Notes: generated by a model not told the origin, from the sequence alone. A stretch of 64,000 bases of DNA from Auanema rhodensis (GCA_964057225.1 CAXKVF010000074.1:806001-870000); one strand, 5' to 3'; shown: positions 11,617 to 27,455, numbered from the stretch's first letter. Numbers and translations: made by a program.

Positions 11617-14600
11617 ATTTATGCTAATTAAATGTACACGTGATGTGCACTTGGTATGTAACTCGCTTCACGTGAAAGATAAAGAGATGCGGTTTTCAAA
11701 ATTAGATTCCCCATGTCCATATTAGTCTAAAAACAAATTTTTATTGATATTGGTTCATGGTAACCATGACTTTGAAATTTACGTGAACTTTAATTTATGC
11801 TAATTAAATGTACACGTGATGTGCACTTGGTATGTAACTCGCTTCACGTGAAAGATAAAGAGATGCGGTTTTCAAAATTAGATTCCCCATGTCCATATTA
11901 GTTTAAAAACAAATTTTTATTGATATTGGTGCATGGTAACCATGACTTTGAAATTTACGTGAACTTTAATTCATGCTAATTAAATGTACACGTGATGTGC
12001 ACTTGGTATGTAACTCGCTTCACGTGAGAGATAAAGAGATGCGGTTTTCAAAATTAGATTCCCCATGTCCATATTGATCTAAAAACAAATTTTTATTGAT
12101 ATTGGTGCATGGTAACCATGACTTTGAAATTTACGTGAACTTTAATTTATGCTAATTAAATGTACACGTGATGTGCACTTGGTATGTAACTCGCTTCAAG
12201 TGAGAGATAAAGAGATGCGGTTTTCAAAATTAGAATCCCCATGTCCATATTAGTCTAAAAACAAATTTTTATTGATATTGGTGCATGGTAACCATGACTT
12301 TGAAATTTACGTGAACTTTAATTTATGCTAATTAAATGTACACGTGATGTGCACTTGGTATGTAACTCGCTTCACGTGAAAGATAAAGAGATGCGGTTTT
12401 CAAAATTAGATTCCCCATGTCCATATTAGTCTAAAAACAAATTTTTATTGATATTGGTGCATGGTAACCATGACTTTGAAAGTTACGTGAACTTTAATTT
12501 ATGCTAATTAAATGTACACGTGATGTGCACTTGGTATGTAACTCGCTTCACGTGAAAGATAAAGAGATGCGGTTTTCAAAATTAGATTCCCCATGTCCAT
12601 ATTAGTTTAAAAACAAATTTTTATTGATATTGGTGCATGGTAACCATGACTTTGAAATTTACGTGAACTTTAATTTATGCTAATTAAATGTACACGTGAT
12701 GTGCACTTGGTATGTAACTCGCTTCACGTGAGAGATAAAGAGATGCGGTTTTCAAAATTAGAATCCCCATGTCCATATTAGTCTAAAAACAAATTTTTAT
12801 TGATATTGGTGCATGGTAACCATGACTTTGAAATTTACGTGAACTTTAATTTATGCTAATTAAATGTACACGTGATGTGCACTTGGTAAGTAACTCGCTT
12901 CACGTGAAAGATAAAGAGATGCGGTTTTCAAAATTAGATTCCCCATGTCCATATTAGTCTAAAAACAAATTTTTATTGATATTGGTGCATGGTAACCATG
13001 ACTTTGAAAGTTACGTGAACTTTAATTTATGCTAATTAAATGTACACGTGATGTGCACTTGGTATGTAACTCGCTTCACGTGAAAGATAAAGAGATGCGG
13101 TTTTCAAAATTAGATTCCCCATGTCCATATTAGTCTAAAAACAAATTTTTATTGATATTGGTTCATGGTAACCATGACTTTGAAATTTACGTGAACTTTA
13201 ATTTATGCTAATTAAATGTACACGTGATGTGCACTTGGTATGTAACTCGCTTCACGTGAAAGATGAAGAGATGCGGTTTTCAAAATTAGATTCCCCATGT
13301 CCATATTAGTCTAAAAACAAATTTTTATTGACATTGGTGCATGGTAACCATGACTTTGAAATTTACGTGAACTTTAATTTATGCTAATTAAATGTACACG
13401 TGATGTGCACTTGGTATGTAACTCGCTTCGCGTGAAAGATAAAGAGATGCGGTTTTCAAAATTAGATTCCCCATGTCCATATTAGTCTAAAAACAAATTT
13501 TTATTGATATTGGTGCATGGTAACCATGACTTTGAAATTTACGTGAACTTTAATTTATGCTAATTAAATGTACACGTGATGTGCACTTGGTATGTAACTC
13601 GCTTCACGTGAAAGATGAAGAGATGCGGTTTTCAAAATTAGATTCCCCATGTCCATATTAGTCTAAAAACAAATTTTTATTGATATTGGTGCATGGTAAC
13701 CATGACTTTGAAATTTACGTGAACTTTAATTTATGCTAATTAAATGTACACGTGATGTGCACTTGGTATGTAACTCGCTTCACGTGAAAGATAAGGAGAT
13801 GCGGTTTTCAAAATTAGATTCCCCATGTCCATATTAGTCTAAAAACAAATTTTTATTGATATTGGTGCATGGTAACCATGACTTTGAAATTTACGTGAAC
13901 TTTAATTTATGCTAATTAAATGTACACGTGATGTGCACTTGGTATGTAACTCGCTTCACGTGAAAGATAAAGAGATGCGGTTTTCAAAATTAGATTCCCC
14001 ATGTCCATATTAGTCTAAAAACAAATTTTTATTGATATTGGTTCATGGTAACCATGACTTTGAAATTTACGTGAACTTTAATTTATGCTAATTAAATGTA
14101 CACGTGATGTGCACTTGGTATGTAACTCGCTTCGCGTGAAAGATAAAGAGATGCGGTTTTCAAAATTAGATTCCCCATGTCCATATTAGTCTAAAAACAA
14201 ATTTTTATTGATATTGGTGCATGGTAACCATGACTTTGAAATTTACGTGAACTTTAATTTATGCTAATTAAATGTACACGTGATGTGCACTTGGTATGTA
14301 ACTCGCTTCACGTGAAAGATAAAGAGATGCGGTTTTCAAAATTAGATTCCCCATGTCCATATTAGTCTAAAAACAAATTTTTATTGATATTGGTTCATGG
14401 TAACCATGACTTTGAAATTTACGTGAACTTTAATTTATGCTAATTAAATGTACACGTGATGTGCACTTGGTATGTAACTCGCTTCACGTGAAAGATAAAG
14501 AGATGCGGTTTTCAAAATTAGATTCCCCATGTCCATATTAGTCTAAAAACAAATTTTTATTGATATTGGTTCATGGTAACCATGACTTTGAAATTTACGT

Positions 14601-15664
14601 GAACTTTAATTTATGCTAATTAAATGTACACGTGATGTGCACTTGGTATGTAACTCGCTTCACGTGAAAGATAAAGAGATGCGGTTTTCAAAATTAGATT
14701 CCCCATGTCCATATTAGTCTAAAAACAAATTTTTATTGATATTGGTGCATGGTAACCATGACTTTGAAATTTACGTGAACTTTAATTTATGCTAATTAAA
14801 TGTACACGTGATGTGCACTTGGTATGTAACTCGCTTCACGTGAAAGATAAAGAGATGCGGTTTTCAAAATTAGATTCCCCATGTCCATATTAGTTTAAAA
14901 ACCAATTTTTATTGATATTGGTGCATGGTAACCATGACTTTGAAATTTACGTGAACTTTAATTTATGCTAATTAAATGTACACGTGATGTGCACTTGGTA
15001 TGTAACTCGCTTCACGTGAGAGATAAAGAGATGCGGTTTTCAAAATTAGATTCCCCATGTCCATATTAGTCTAAAAACAAATTTTTATTGATATTGGTGC
15101 ATGGTAACCATGACTTTGAAATTTACGTGAACTTTAATTTATGCTAATTAAATGTACACGTGATGTGCACTTGGTATGTAACTCGCTTCAAGTGAGAGAT
15201 AAAGAGATGCGGTTTTCAAAATTAGAATCCCCATGTCCATATTAGTCTAAAAACAAATTTTTATTGATATTGGTGCATGGTAACCATGACTTTGAAATTT
15301 ACGTGAACTTTAATTTATGCTAATTAAATGTACACGTGATGTGCACTTGGTATGTAACTCGCTTCACGTGAAAGATAAAGAGATGCGGTTTTCAAAATTA
15401 GATTCCCCATGTCCATATTAGTCTAAAAACAAATTTTTATTGATATTGGTGCATGGTAACCATGACTTTGAAAGTTACGTGAACTTTAATTTATGCTAAT
15501 TAAATGTACACGTGATGTGCACTTGGTATGTAACTCGCTTCACGTGAAAGATAAAGAGATGCGGTTTTCAAAATTAGAATCCCCATGTCCATATTAGTCT
15601 AAAAACAAATTTTTATTGATATTGGTGCATGGTAACCATGACTTTGAAAGTTACGTGAACTTTA

Positions 15665-18479
15665 ATTTATGCTAATTAAATGTACACGTGATGTGCACTT
15701 GGTATGTAACTCGCTTCACGTGAAAGATAAAGAGATGCGGTTTTCAAAATTAGATTCCCCATGTCCATATTAGTCTAAAAACAAATTTTTATTGATATTG
15801 GTTCATGGTAACCATGACTTTGAAATTTACGTGAACTTTAATTTATGCTAATTAAATGTACACGTGATGTGCACTTGGTATGTAACTCGCTTCACGTGAA
15901 AGATGAAGAGATGCGGTTTTCAAAATTAGATTCCCCATGTCCATATTAGTCTAAAAACAAATTTTTATTGACATTGGTGCATGGTAACCATGACTTTGAA
16001 ATTTACGTGAACTTTAATTTTGCTAATTAAATGTACACGTGATGTGCACTTGGTATGTAACTCGCTTCAAGTGAGAGATAAAGAGATGCGGTTTTCAAAA
16101 TTAGAATCCCCATGTCCATATTAGTCTAAAAACAAATTTTTATTGATATTGGTGCATGGTAACCATGACTTTGAAATTTACGTGAACTTTAATTTATGCT
16201 AATTAAATGTACACGTGATGTGCACTTGGTATGTAACTCGCTTCACGTGAAAGATAAAGAGATGCGGTTTTCAAAATTAGATTCCCCATGTCCATATTAG
16301 TCTAAAAACAAATTTTTATTGATATTGGTGCATGGTAACCATGACTTTGAAAGTTACGTGAACTTTAATTTATGCTAATTAAATGTACACGTGATGTGCA
16401 CTTGGTATGTAACTCGCTTCACGTGAAAGATAAAGAGATGCGGTTTTCAAAATTAGATTCCCCATGTCCATATTAGTTTAAAAACAAATTTTTATTGATA
16501 TTGGTGCATGGTAACCATGACTTTGAAATTTACGTGAACTTTAATTTATGCTAATTAAATGTACACGTGATGTGCACTTGGTATGTAACTCGCTTCACGT
16601 GAGAGATAAAGAGATGCGGTTTTCAAAATTAGAATCCCCATGTCCATATTAGTCTAAAAACAAATTTTTATTGATATTGGTGCATGGTAACCATGACTTT
16701 GAAATTTACGTGAACTTTAATTTATGCTAATTAAATGTACACGTGATGTGCACTTGGTAAGTAACTCGCTTCACGTGAAAGATAAAGAGATGCGGTTTTC
16801 AAAATTAGATTCCCCATGTCCATATTAGTCTAAAAACAAATTTTTATTGATATTGGTGCATGGTAACCATGACTTTGAAAGTTACGTGAACTTTAATTTA
16901 TGCTAATTAAATGTACACGTGATGTGCACTTGGTATGTAACTCGCTTCACGTGAAAGATAAAGAGATGCGGTTTTCAAAATTAGATTCCCCATGTCCATA
17001 TTAGTATAAAAACAAATTTTTATTGATATTGGTTCATGGTAACCATGACTTTGAAATTTACGTGAACTTTAATTTATGCTAATTAAATGTACACGTGATG
17101 TGCACTTGGTATGTAACTCGCTTCACGTGAAAGATGAAGAGATGCGGTTTTCAAAATTAGATTCCCCATGTCCATATTAGTCTAAAAACAAATTTTTATT
17201 GACATTGGTGCATGGTAACCATGACTTTGAAATTTACGTGAACTTTAATTTATGCTAATTAAATGTACACGTGATGTGCACTTGGTATGTAACTCGCTTC
17301 GCGTGAAAGATAAAGAGATGCGGTTTTCAAAATTAGATTCCCCATGTCCATATTAGTCTAAAAACAAATTTTTATTGATATTGGTGCATGGTAACCATGA
17401 CTTTGAAATTTACGTGAACTTTAATTTATGCTAATTAAATGTACACGTGATGTGCACTTGGTATGTAACTCGCTTCACGTGAAAGATAAAGAGATGCGGT
17501 TTTCAAAATTAGATTCCCCATGTGCATATTAGTCTAAAAACAAATTTTTATTGATATTGGTGCATGGTAACCATGACTTTGAAATTTACGTGAACTTTAA
17601 TTTATGCTAATTAAATGTACACGTGATGTGCACTTGGTATGTAACTCGCTTCACGTGAAAGATAAGGAGATGCGGTTTTCAAAATTAGATTCCCCATGTC
17701 CATATTAGTCTAAAAACAAATTTTTATTGATATTGGTTCATGGTAACCATGACTTTGAAATTTACGTGAACTTTAATTTATGCTAATTAAATGTATACGT
17801 GATGTGCACTTGGTATGTAACTCGCTTCACGTGAAAGATAAAGAGATGCGGTTTTCAAAATTAGATTCCCCATGTCCATATTAGTCTAAAAACAAATTTT
17901 TATTGATATTGGTTCATGGTAACCATGACTTTGAAATTTACGTGAACTTTAATTTATGCTAATTAAATGTACACGTGATGTGCACTTGGTATGTAACTCG
18001 CTTCACGTGAAAGATAAAGAGATGCGGTTTTCAAAATTAGATTCCCCATGTCCATATTAGTCTAAAAACAAATTTTTATTGATATTGGTTCATGGTAACC
18101 ATGACTTTGAAATTTACGTGAACTTTAATTTATGCTAATTAAATGTACACGTGATGTGCACTTGGTATGTAACTCGCTTCACGTGAAAGATAAAGAGATG
18201 CGGTTTTCAAAATTAGATTCCTCATGTCCATATTAGTCTAAAAACAAATTTTTATTGATATTGGTGCATGGTAACCATGACTTTGAAATTTACGTGAACT
18301 TTAATTTATGCTAATTAAATGTACACGTGATGTGCACTTGGTATGTAACTCGCTTCACGTGAAAGATAAAGAGATGCGGTTTTCAAAATTAGATTCCCCA
18401 TGTCCATATTAGTTTAAAAACAAATTTTTATTGATATTGGTGCATGGTAACCATGACTTTGAAATTTACGTGAACATTA
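15665..18479 (+). repeat. Duplicated block X, copy 1 (monomers 90-105)
   Basis: Ordered markers include the 1-bp deletion of A5 at 16020/16021, T41A, C111A, C21T (17796) and T173A; the same order recurs at 27456-30446 and partly at 20240-22351. Confidence 0.88.
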
Positions 18480-20239
18480 ATTTATGCTAATTAAATGTAC
18501 ACGTGATGTGCACTTGGTATGTAACTCGCTTCACGTGAAAGATAAAAAGATGCGGTTTTCAAAATTAGATTCCCCATGTCCATATTAGTCTAAAAACAAA
18601 TTTTTATTGATATTGGTGCATGGTAACCATGACTTTGAAATTTACGTGAACTTTAATTTATGCTAATTAAATGTACACGTGATGTGCACTTGGTATGTAA
18701 CTCGCTTCACGTGAAAGATAAAGAGATGCGGTTTCCAAAATTAGATTCCCCATGTCCATATTAGTTTAAAAACAAATTTTTATTGATATTGGTGCATGGT
18801 AACCATGACTTTGAAAGTTACGTGAACTTTAATTTATGCTAATTAAATGTACACGTGATGTGCACTTGGTATGTAACTCGCTTCACGTGAAAGATAAAGA
18901 GATGCGGTTTTCAAAATTAGATTCCCCATGTCCATATTAGTCTAAAAACAAATTTTTATTGATATTGGTTCATGGTAACCATGACTTTGAAATTTACGTG
19001 AACTTTAATTTATGCTAATTAAATGTACACGTGATGTGCACTTGGTATGTAACTCGCTTCACGTGAAAGATAAAGAGATGCGGTTTTCAAAATTAGATTC
19101 CCCATGTCCATATTAGTCTAAAAACAAATTTTTATTGATATTGGTGCTTGGTAACCATGACTTTGAAATTTACGTGAACTTTAATTTATGCTAATTAAAT
19201 GTACACGTGATGTGCACTTGGTATGTAACTCGCTTCACGTGAAAGATGAAGAGATGCGGTTTTCAAAATTAGATTCCCCATGTCCATATTAGTCTAAAAA
19301 CAAATTTTTATTGACATTGGTGCATGGTAACCATGACTTTGAAATTTACGTGAACTTTAATTTATGCTAATTAAATGTACACGTGATGTGCACTTGGTAT
19401 GTAACTCGCTTCACGTGAAAGATAAAGAGATGCGGTTTTCAAAATTAGATTCCCCATGTCCATATTAGTCTAAAAACAAATTTTTATTGATATTGGTGCA
19501 TGGTAACCATGACTTTGAAATTTACGTGAACTTTAATTTATGCTAATTAAATGTACACGTGATGTGCACTTGGTATGTAACTCGCTTCACGTGAAAGATA
19601 AGGAGATGCGGTTTTCAAAATTAGATTCCCCATGTCCATATTAGTCTAAAAACAAATTTTTATTGATATTGGTGCATGGTAACCATGACTTTGAAATTTA
19701 CGTGAACTTTAATTTATGCTAATTAAATGTACACGTGATGTGCACTTGGTATGTAACTCGCTTCACGTGAAAGATAAGGAGATGCGGTTTTCAAAATTAG
19801 ATTCCCCATGTCCATATTAGTCTAAAAACAAATTTTTATTGATATTGGTGCATGGTAACCATGACTTTGAAATTTACGTGAACTTTAATTTATGCTAATT
19901 AAATGTACACGTGATGTGCACTTGGTATGTAACTCGCTTCACGTGAAAGATAAAGAGATGCGGTTTTCAAAATTAGATTCCCCATGTCCATATTAGTCTA
20001 AAAACAAATTTTTATTGATATTGGTGCATGGTAACCATGACTTTGAAATTTACGTGAACTTTAATTTATGCTAATTAAATGTACACGTGATGTGCACTTG
20101 GTATGTAACTCGCTTCACGTGAAAGATAAAGAGATGCGGTTTTCAAAATTAGATTCCCCATGTCCATATTAGTCTAAAAACAAATTTTTATTGATATTGG
20201 TTCATGGTAACCATGACTTTGAAATTTACGTGAACTTTA

Positions 20240-22351
20240 ATTTATGCTAATTAAATGTACACGTGATGTGCACTTGGTATGTAACTCGCTTCACGTGAAA
20301 GATAAAGAGATGCGGTTTTCAAAATTAGATTCCCCATGTCCATATTAGTATAAAAACAAATTTTTATTGATATTGGTTCATGGTAACCATGACTTTGAAA
20401 TTTACGTGAACTTTAATTTATGCTAATTAAATGTACACGTGATGTGCACTTGGTATGTAACTCGCTTCACGTGAAAGATGAAGAGATGCGGTTTTCAAAG
20501 TTAGATTCCCCATGTCCATATTAGTCTAAAAACAAATTTTTATTGACATTGGTGCATGGTAACCATGACTTTGAAATTTACGTGAACTTTAATTTATGCT
20601 AATTAAATGTACACGTGATGTGCACTTGGTATGTAACTCGCTTCGCGTGAAAGATAAAGAGATGCGGTTTTCAAAATTAGATTCCCCATGTCCATATTAG
20701 TCTAAAAACAAATTTTTATTGATATTGGTGCATGGTAACCATGACTTTGAAATTTACGTGAACTTTAATTTATGCTAATTAAATGTACACGTGATGTGCA
20801 CTTGGTATGTAACTCGCTTCACGTGAAAGATAAAGAGATGCGGTTTTCAAAATTAGATTCCCCATGTGCATATTAGTCTAAAAACAAATTTTTATTGATA
20901 TTGGTGCATGGTAACCATGACTTTGAAATTTACGTGAACTTTAATTTATGCTAATTAAATGTACACGTGATGTGCACTTGGTATGTAACTCGCTTCACGT
21001 GAAAGATAAGGAGATGCGGTTTTCAAAATTAGATTCCCCATGTCCATATTAGTCTAAAAACAAATTTTTATTGATATTGGTGCATGGTAACCATGACTTT
21101 GAAATTTACGTGAACTTTAATTTATGCTAATTAAATGTACACGTGATGTGCACTTGGTATGTAACTCGCTTCACGTGAAAGATAAAGAGATGCGGTTTTC
21201 AAAATTAGATTCCCCATGTCCATATTAGTCTAAAAACAAATTTTTATTGATATTGGTTCATGGTAACCATGACTTTGAAATTTACGTGAACTTTAATTTA
21301 TGCTAATTAAATGTATACGTGATGTGCACTTGGTATGTAACTCGCTTCACGTGAAAGATAAAGAGATGCGGTTTTCAAAATTAGATTCCCCATGTCCATA
21401 TTAGTCTAAAAACAAATTTTTATTGATATTGGTTCATGGTAACCATGACTTTGAAATTTACGTGAACTTTAATTTATGCTAATTAAATGTACACGTGATG
21501 TGCACTTGGTATGTAACTCGCTTCACGTGAAAGATAAAGAGATGCGGTTTTCAAAATTAGATTCCCCATGTCCATATTAGTCTAAAAACAAATTTTTATT
21601 GATATTGGTTCATGGTAACCATGACTTTGAAATTTACGTGAACTTTAATTTATGCTAATTAAATGTACACGTGATGTGCACTTGGTATGTAACTCGCTTC
21701 ACGTGAAAGATAAAGAGATGCGGTTTTCAAAATTAGATTCCCCATGTCCATATTAGTCTAAAAACAAATTTTTATTGATATTGGTGCATGGTAACCATGA
21801 CTTTGAAATTTACGTGAACTTTAATTTATGCTAATTAAATGTACACGTGATGTGCACTTGGTATGTAACTCGCTTCACGTGAAAGATAAAGAGATGCGGT
21901 TTTCAAAATTAGATTCCCCATGTCCATATTAGTTTAAAAACAAATTTTTATTGATATTGGTGCATGGTAACCATGACTTTGAAATTTACGTGAACATTAA
22001 TTTATGCTAATTAAATGTACACGTGATGTGCACTTGGTATGTAACTCGCTTCACGTGAAAGATAAAAAGATGCGGTTTTCAAAATTAGATTCCCCATGTC
22101 CATATTAGTCTAAAAACAAATTTTTATTGATATTGGTGCATGGTAACCATGACTTTGAAATTTACGTGAACTTTAATTTATGCTAATTAAATGTACACGT
22201 GATGTGCACTTGGTATGTAACTCGCTTCACGTGAAAGATAAAGAGATGCGGTTTCCAAAATTAGATTCCCCATGTCCATATTAGTTTAAAAACAAATTTT
22301 TATTGATATTGGTGCATGGTAACCATGACTTTGAAATTTACGTGAACTTTA
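20240..22351 (+). repeat. Partial copy of block X (monomers 116-127, matching 97-107)
   Basis: C111A, A65G+T132C, A54G, C101G, A67G, C21T (21316), C111T+T173A, G68A and T80C+C111T occur in the same order as at 16896-18831. Confidence 0.85.
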
Positions 22352-23055
22352 ATTTATGCTAATTAAATGTACACGTGATGTGCACTTGGTATGTAACTCG
22401 CTTCACGTGAAAGATAAAGAGATGCGGTTTTCAAAATTAGATTCCCCATGTCCATATTAGTCTAAAAACAAATTTTTATTGATATTGGTGCATGGTAACC
22501 ATGACTTTGAAATTTACGTGAACTTTAATTTATGCTAATTAAATGTACACGTGATGTGCACTTGGTATGTAACTCGCTTCACGTGAAAGATAAGGAGATG
22601 CGGTTTTCAAAATTAGATTCCCCATGTCCATATTAGTCTAAAAACAAATTTTTATTGATATTGGTGCATGGTAACCATGACTTTGAAATTTACGTGAACT
22701 TTAATTTATGCTAATTAAATGTACACGTGATGTGCACTTGGTATGTAACTCGCTTCACGTGAAAGATAAGGAGATGCGGTTTTCAAAATTAGATTCCCCA
22801 TGTCCATATTAGTCTAAAAACAAATTTTTATTGATATTGGTGCATGGTAACCATGACTTTGAAATTTACGTGAACTTTAATTTATGCTAATTAAATGTAC
22901 ACGTGATGTGCACTTGGTATGTAACTCGCTTCACGTGAAAGATAAAGAGATGCGGTTTTCAAAATTAGATTCCCCATGTCCATATTAGTCTAAAAACAAA
23001 TTTTTATTGATATTGGTGCATGGTAACCATGACTTTGAAATTTACGTGAACTTTA

Positions 23056-26000
23056 ATTTATGCTAATTAAATGTACACGTGATGTGCACTTGGTATGTAA
23101 CTCGCTTCACGTGAAAGATAAAGAGATGCGGTTTTCAAAATTAGATTCCCCATGTCCATATTAGTCTAAAAACAAATTTTTATTGATATTGGTTCATGGT
23201 AACCATGACTTTGAAATTTACGTGAACTTTAATTTATGCTAATTAAATGTACACGTGATGTGCACTTGGTATGTAACTCGCTTCACGTGAAAGATAAAGA
23301 GATGCGGTTTTCAAAATTAGATTCCCCATGTCCATATTAGTCTAAAAACAAATTTTTATTGATAGTGGTGCATGGTAACCATGACTTTGAAATTTACGTG
23401 AACTTTAATTTATGCTAATTAAATGTACACGTAATGTGCACTTGGTATGTAACTCGCTTCACGTGAAAGATGAAGAGATGCTGTTTTCAAAATTAGATTC
23501 CCCATGTCCATATTAGTCTAAATACAAATTTTTATTGATATTGGTGCATGGTAACCATGACTTTGAAATTTACGTGAACTTTAATTTATGCTAATTAAAT
23601 GTACACGTGATGTGCACTTGGTATGTAACTCGCTTCACGTGAAAGATAAAGAGATGCGGTTTTCAAAATTAGATTCCCCATGTCCATATTAGTCTAAAAA
23701 CAAATTTTTATTGATATTGGTTCATGGTAACCATGACTTTGAAATTTACGTGAACTTTAATTTATGCTAATTAAATGTACACGTGATGTGCACTTGGTAT
23801 GTAACTCGCTTCACGTGAAAGATAAAGAGATGCAGTTTTCAAAATTAGATTCCCCATGTCCATATTAGTCTAAAAACAAATTTTTATTGATATTGGTGAA
23901 TGGTAACCATGACTTTGAAATTTACGTGAACTTTAATTTATGCTAATTAAATGTACACGTGATGTGCACTTGGTATGTAACTCGCTTCACGTGAAAGATA
24001 AAGAGATGCGGTTTTCAAAATTAGATTCCCCATGTCCATATTAGTCTAAAAACAAATTTTTATTGATATTGGTTCATGGTAACCATGACTTTGAAATTTA
24101 CGTGAACTTTAATTTATGCTAATTAAATGTACACGTGATGTGCACTTGGTATGTAACTCGCTTCACGTGAAAGATAAAGAGATGCGGTTTTCAAAATTAG
24201 ATTCCCCATGTCCATATTAGTCTAAAAACAAATTTTTATTGATATTGGTGCATGGTAACCATGACTTTGAAATTTACGTGAACTTTAATTTATGCTAATT
24301 AAATGTACACGTGATGTGCACTTGGTATGTAACTCGCTTCACGTGAAAGATAAAGAGATGCGGTTTTCAAAATTAGATTCCCCATGTCCATATTAGTCTA
24401 AAAACAAATTTTTATTGATATTGGTGCATGGTAACCATGACTTTGAAATTTACGTGAACTTTAATTTATGCTAATTAAATGTACACGTGATGTGCACTTG
24501 GTATGTAACTCGCTTCACGTGAAAGATAAAGAGATGCGGTTTTCAAAATTAGATTCCCCATGTCCATATTAGTTTAAAAACAAATTTTTATTGATATTGG
24601 TGCATGGTAACCATGACTTTGAAATTTACGTGAACTTTAATTTATGCTAATTAAATGTACACGTGATGTGCACTTGGTATGTAACTCGCTTCACGTGAAA
24701 GATGAAGAGATGCTGTTTTCAAAATTAGATTCCCCATGTCCATATTAGTCTAAAAACAAATTTTTATTGATATTGGTGCATGGTAACCATGACTTTGAAA
24801 TTTACGTGAACTTTAATTTATGCTAATTAAATGTACACGTGATGTGCACTTGGTATGTAACTCGCTTCACGTGAAAGATAAAGAGATGCGGTTTTCAAAA
24901 TTAGATTCCCCATGTCCATATTAGTCTAAAAACAAATTTTTATTGATATTGGTTCATGGTAACCATGACTTTGAAATTTACGTGAACTTTAATTTATGCT
25001 AATTAAATGTACACGTGATGTGCACTTGGTATGTAACTCGCTTCACGTGAAAGATGAAGAGATGCTGTTTTCAAAATTAGATTCCCCATGTCCATATTAG
25101 TCTAAAAACAAATTTTTATTGATATTGGTGCATGGTAACCATGACTTTGAAATTTACGTGAACTTTAATTTATGCTAATTAAATGTACACGTGATGTGCA
25201 CTTGGTATGTAACTCGCTTCACGTGAAAGATAAAGAGATGCGGTTTTCAAAATTAGATTCCCCATGTCCATATTAGTCTAAAAACAAATTTTTATTGATA
25301 TTGGTGCATGGTAACCATGACTTTGAAATTTACGTGAACTTTAATTTATGCTAATTAAATGTACACGTGATGTGCACTTGGTATGTAACTCGCTTCACGT
25401 GAAAGATAAAGAGATGCGGTTTTCAAAATTAGCTTCCCCATGTCCATATTAGTCTAAAAACAAATTTTTATTGATATTGGTTCATGGTAACCATGACTTT
25501 GAAATTTACGTGAACTTTAATTTATGCTAATTAAATGTACACGTGATGTGCACTTGGTATGTAACTCGCTTCACGTGAAAGATAAAGAGATGCGGTTTTC
25601 AAAATTAGATTCCTCATGTCCATATTAGTCTAAAAACAAATTTTTATTGATATTGGTGCATGGTAACCATGACTTTGAAATTTACGTGAACTTTAATTTA
25701 TGCTAATTAAATGTACACGTGATGTGCACTTGGTATGTAACTCGCTTCACGTGAAAGATAAAGAGATGCGGTTTTCAAAATTAGATTCCCCATGTCCATA
25801 TTAGTCTAAAAACAAATTTTTATTGATATTGGTGAATGGTAACCATGACTTTGAAATTTACGTGAACTTTAATTTATGCTAATTAAATGTACACGTGATG
25901 TGCACTTGGTATGTAACTCGCTTCACGTGAAAGATGAAGAGATGCGGTTTTCAAAATTAGATTCCCCATGTCCATATTAGTCTAAAAACAAATTTTTATT

Positions 26001-27103
26001 GATATTGGTGCATGGTAACCATGACTTTGAAATTTACGTGAACTTTAATTTATGCTAATTAAATGTACACGTGATGTGCACTTGGTATGTAACTCGCTTC
26101 ACGTGAAAGATGAAGAGATGCGGTTTTCAAAATTAGATTCCCCATGTCCATATTAGTCTAAAAACAAATTTTTATTGATATTGGTGCATGGTAACCATGA
26201 CTTTGAAATTTACGTGAACTTTAATTTATGCTAATTAAATGTACACGTGATGTGCACTTGGTATGTAACTCGCTTCACGTGAAAGATAAGGAGATGCGGT
26301 TTTCAAAATTAGATTCCCCATGTCCATATTAGTCTAAAAACAAATTTTTATTGATATTGGTGCATGGTAACCATGACTTTGAAATTTACGTGAACTTTAA
26401 TTTATGCTAATTAAATGTACACGTGATGTGCACTTGGTATGTAACTCGCTTCACGTGAAAGATAAAGAGATGCGATTTTCAAAATTAGATTCCCCATGTG
26501 CATATTAGTCTAAAAACAAATTTTTATTGATATTGGTTCATGGTAACCATGACTTTGAAATTTACGTGAACTTTAATTTATGCTAATTAAATGTACACGT
26601 GATGTGCACTTGGTATGTAACTCGCTTCACGTGAAAGATAAAGAGATGCGGTTTTCAAAATTAGATTCCCCATGTCCATATTAGTCTAAAAACAAATTTT
26701 TATTGATATTGCTGCATGGTAACCATGACTTTGAAATTTACGTGAACTTTAATTTATGCTAATTAAATGTACACGTGATGTGCACTTGGTATGTAACTCG
26801 CTTCACGTGAAAGATGAAGAGATGCGGTTTTCAAAATTAGATTCCCCATGTCCATATTAGTCTAAAAACAAATTTTTATTGATATTGGTGCATGGTAACC
26901 ATGACTTTGAAATTTACGTGAACTTTAATTTATGCTAATTAAATGTACACGTGATGTGCACTTGGTATGTAACTCGCTTCACGTGAAAGATGAAGAGATG
27001 CGGTTTTCAAAATTAGATTCCCCATGTCCATATTAGTCTAAAAACAAATTTTTATTGATATTGGTGCATGGTAACCATGACTTTGAAAGTTACGTGAACT
27101 TTA
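23056..27103 (+). repeat. Duplicated block Y, copy 1 (monomers 132-154, about 4 kb)
   Basis: T134G (23365), G26A (23433), A116T, G75A+C140A and downstream markers recur 8095 bp later in identical order. Confidence 0.9.
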
Positions 27104-27455
27104 ATTTATGCTAATTAAATGTACACGTGATGTGCACTTGGTATGTAACTCGCTTCACGTGAAAGATAAAGAGATGCGGTTTTCAAAATTAGAATCCCCA
27201 TGTCCATATTAGTCTAAAAACAAATTTTTATTGATATTGGTGCATGGTAACCATGACTTTGAAATTTACGTGAACTTTAATTTATGCTAATTAAATGTAC
27301 ACGTGATGTGCACTTGGTAAGTAACTCGCTTCACGTGAAAGATAAAGAGATGCGGTTTTCAAAATTAGATTCCCCATGTCCATATTAGTCTAAAAACAAA
27401 TTTTTATTGATATTGGTGCATGGTAACCATGACTTTGAAAGTTACGTGAACTTTA

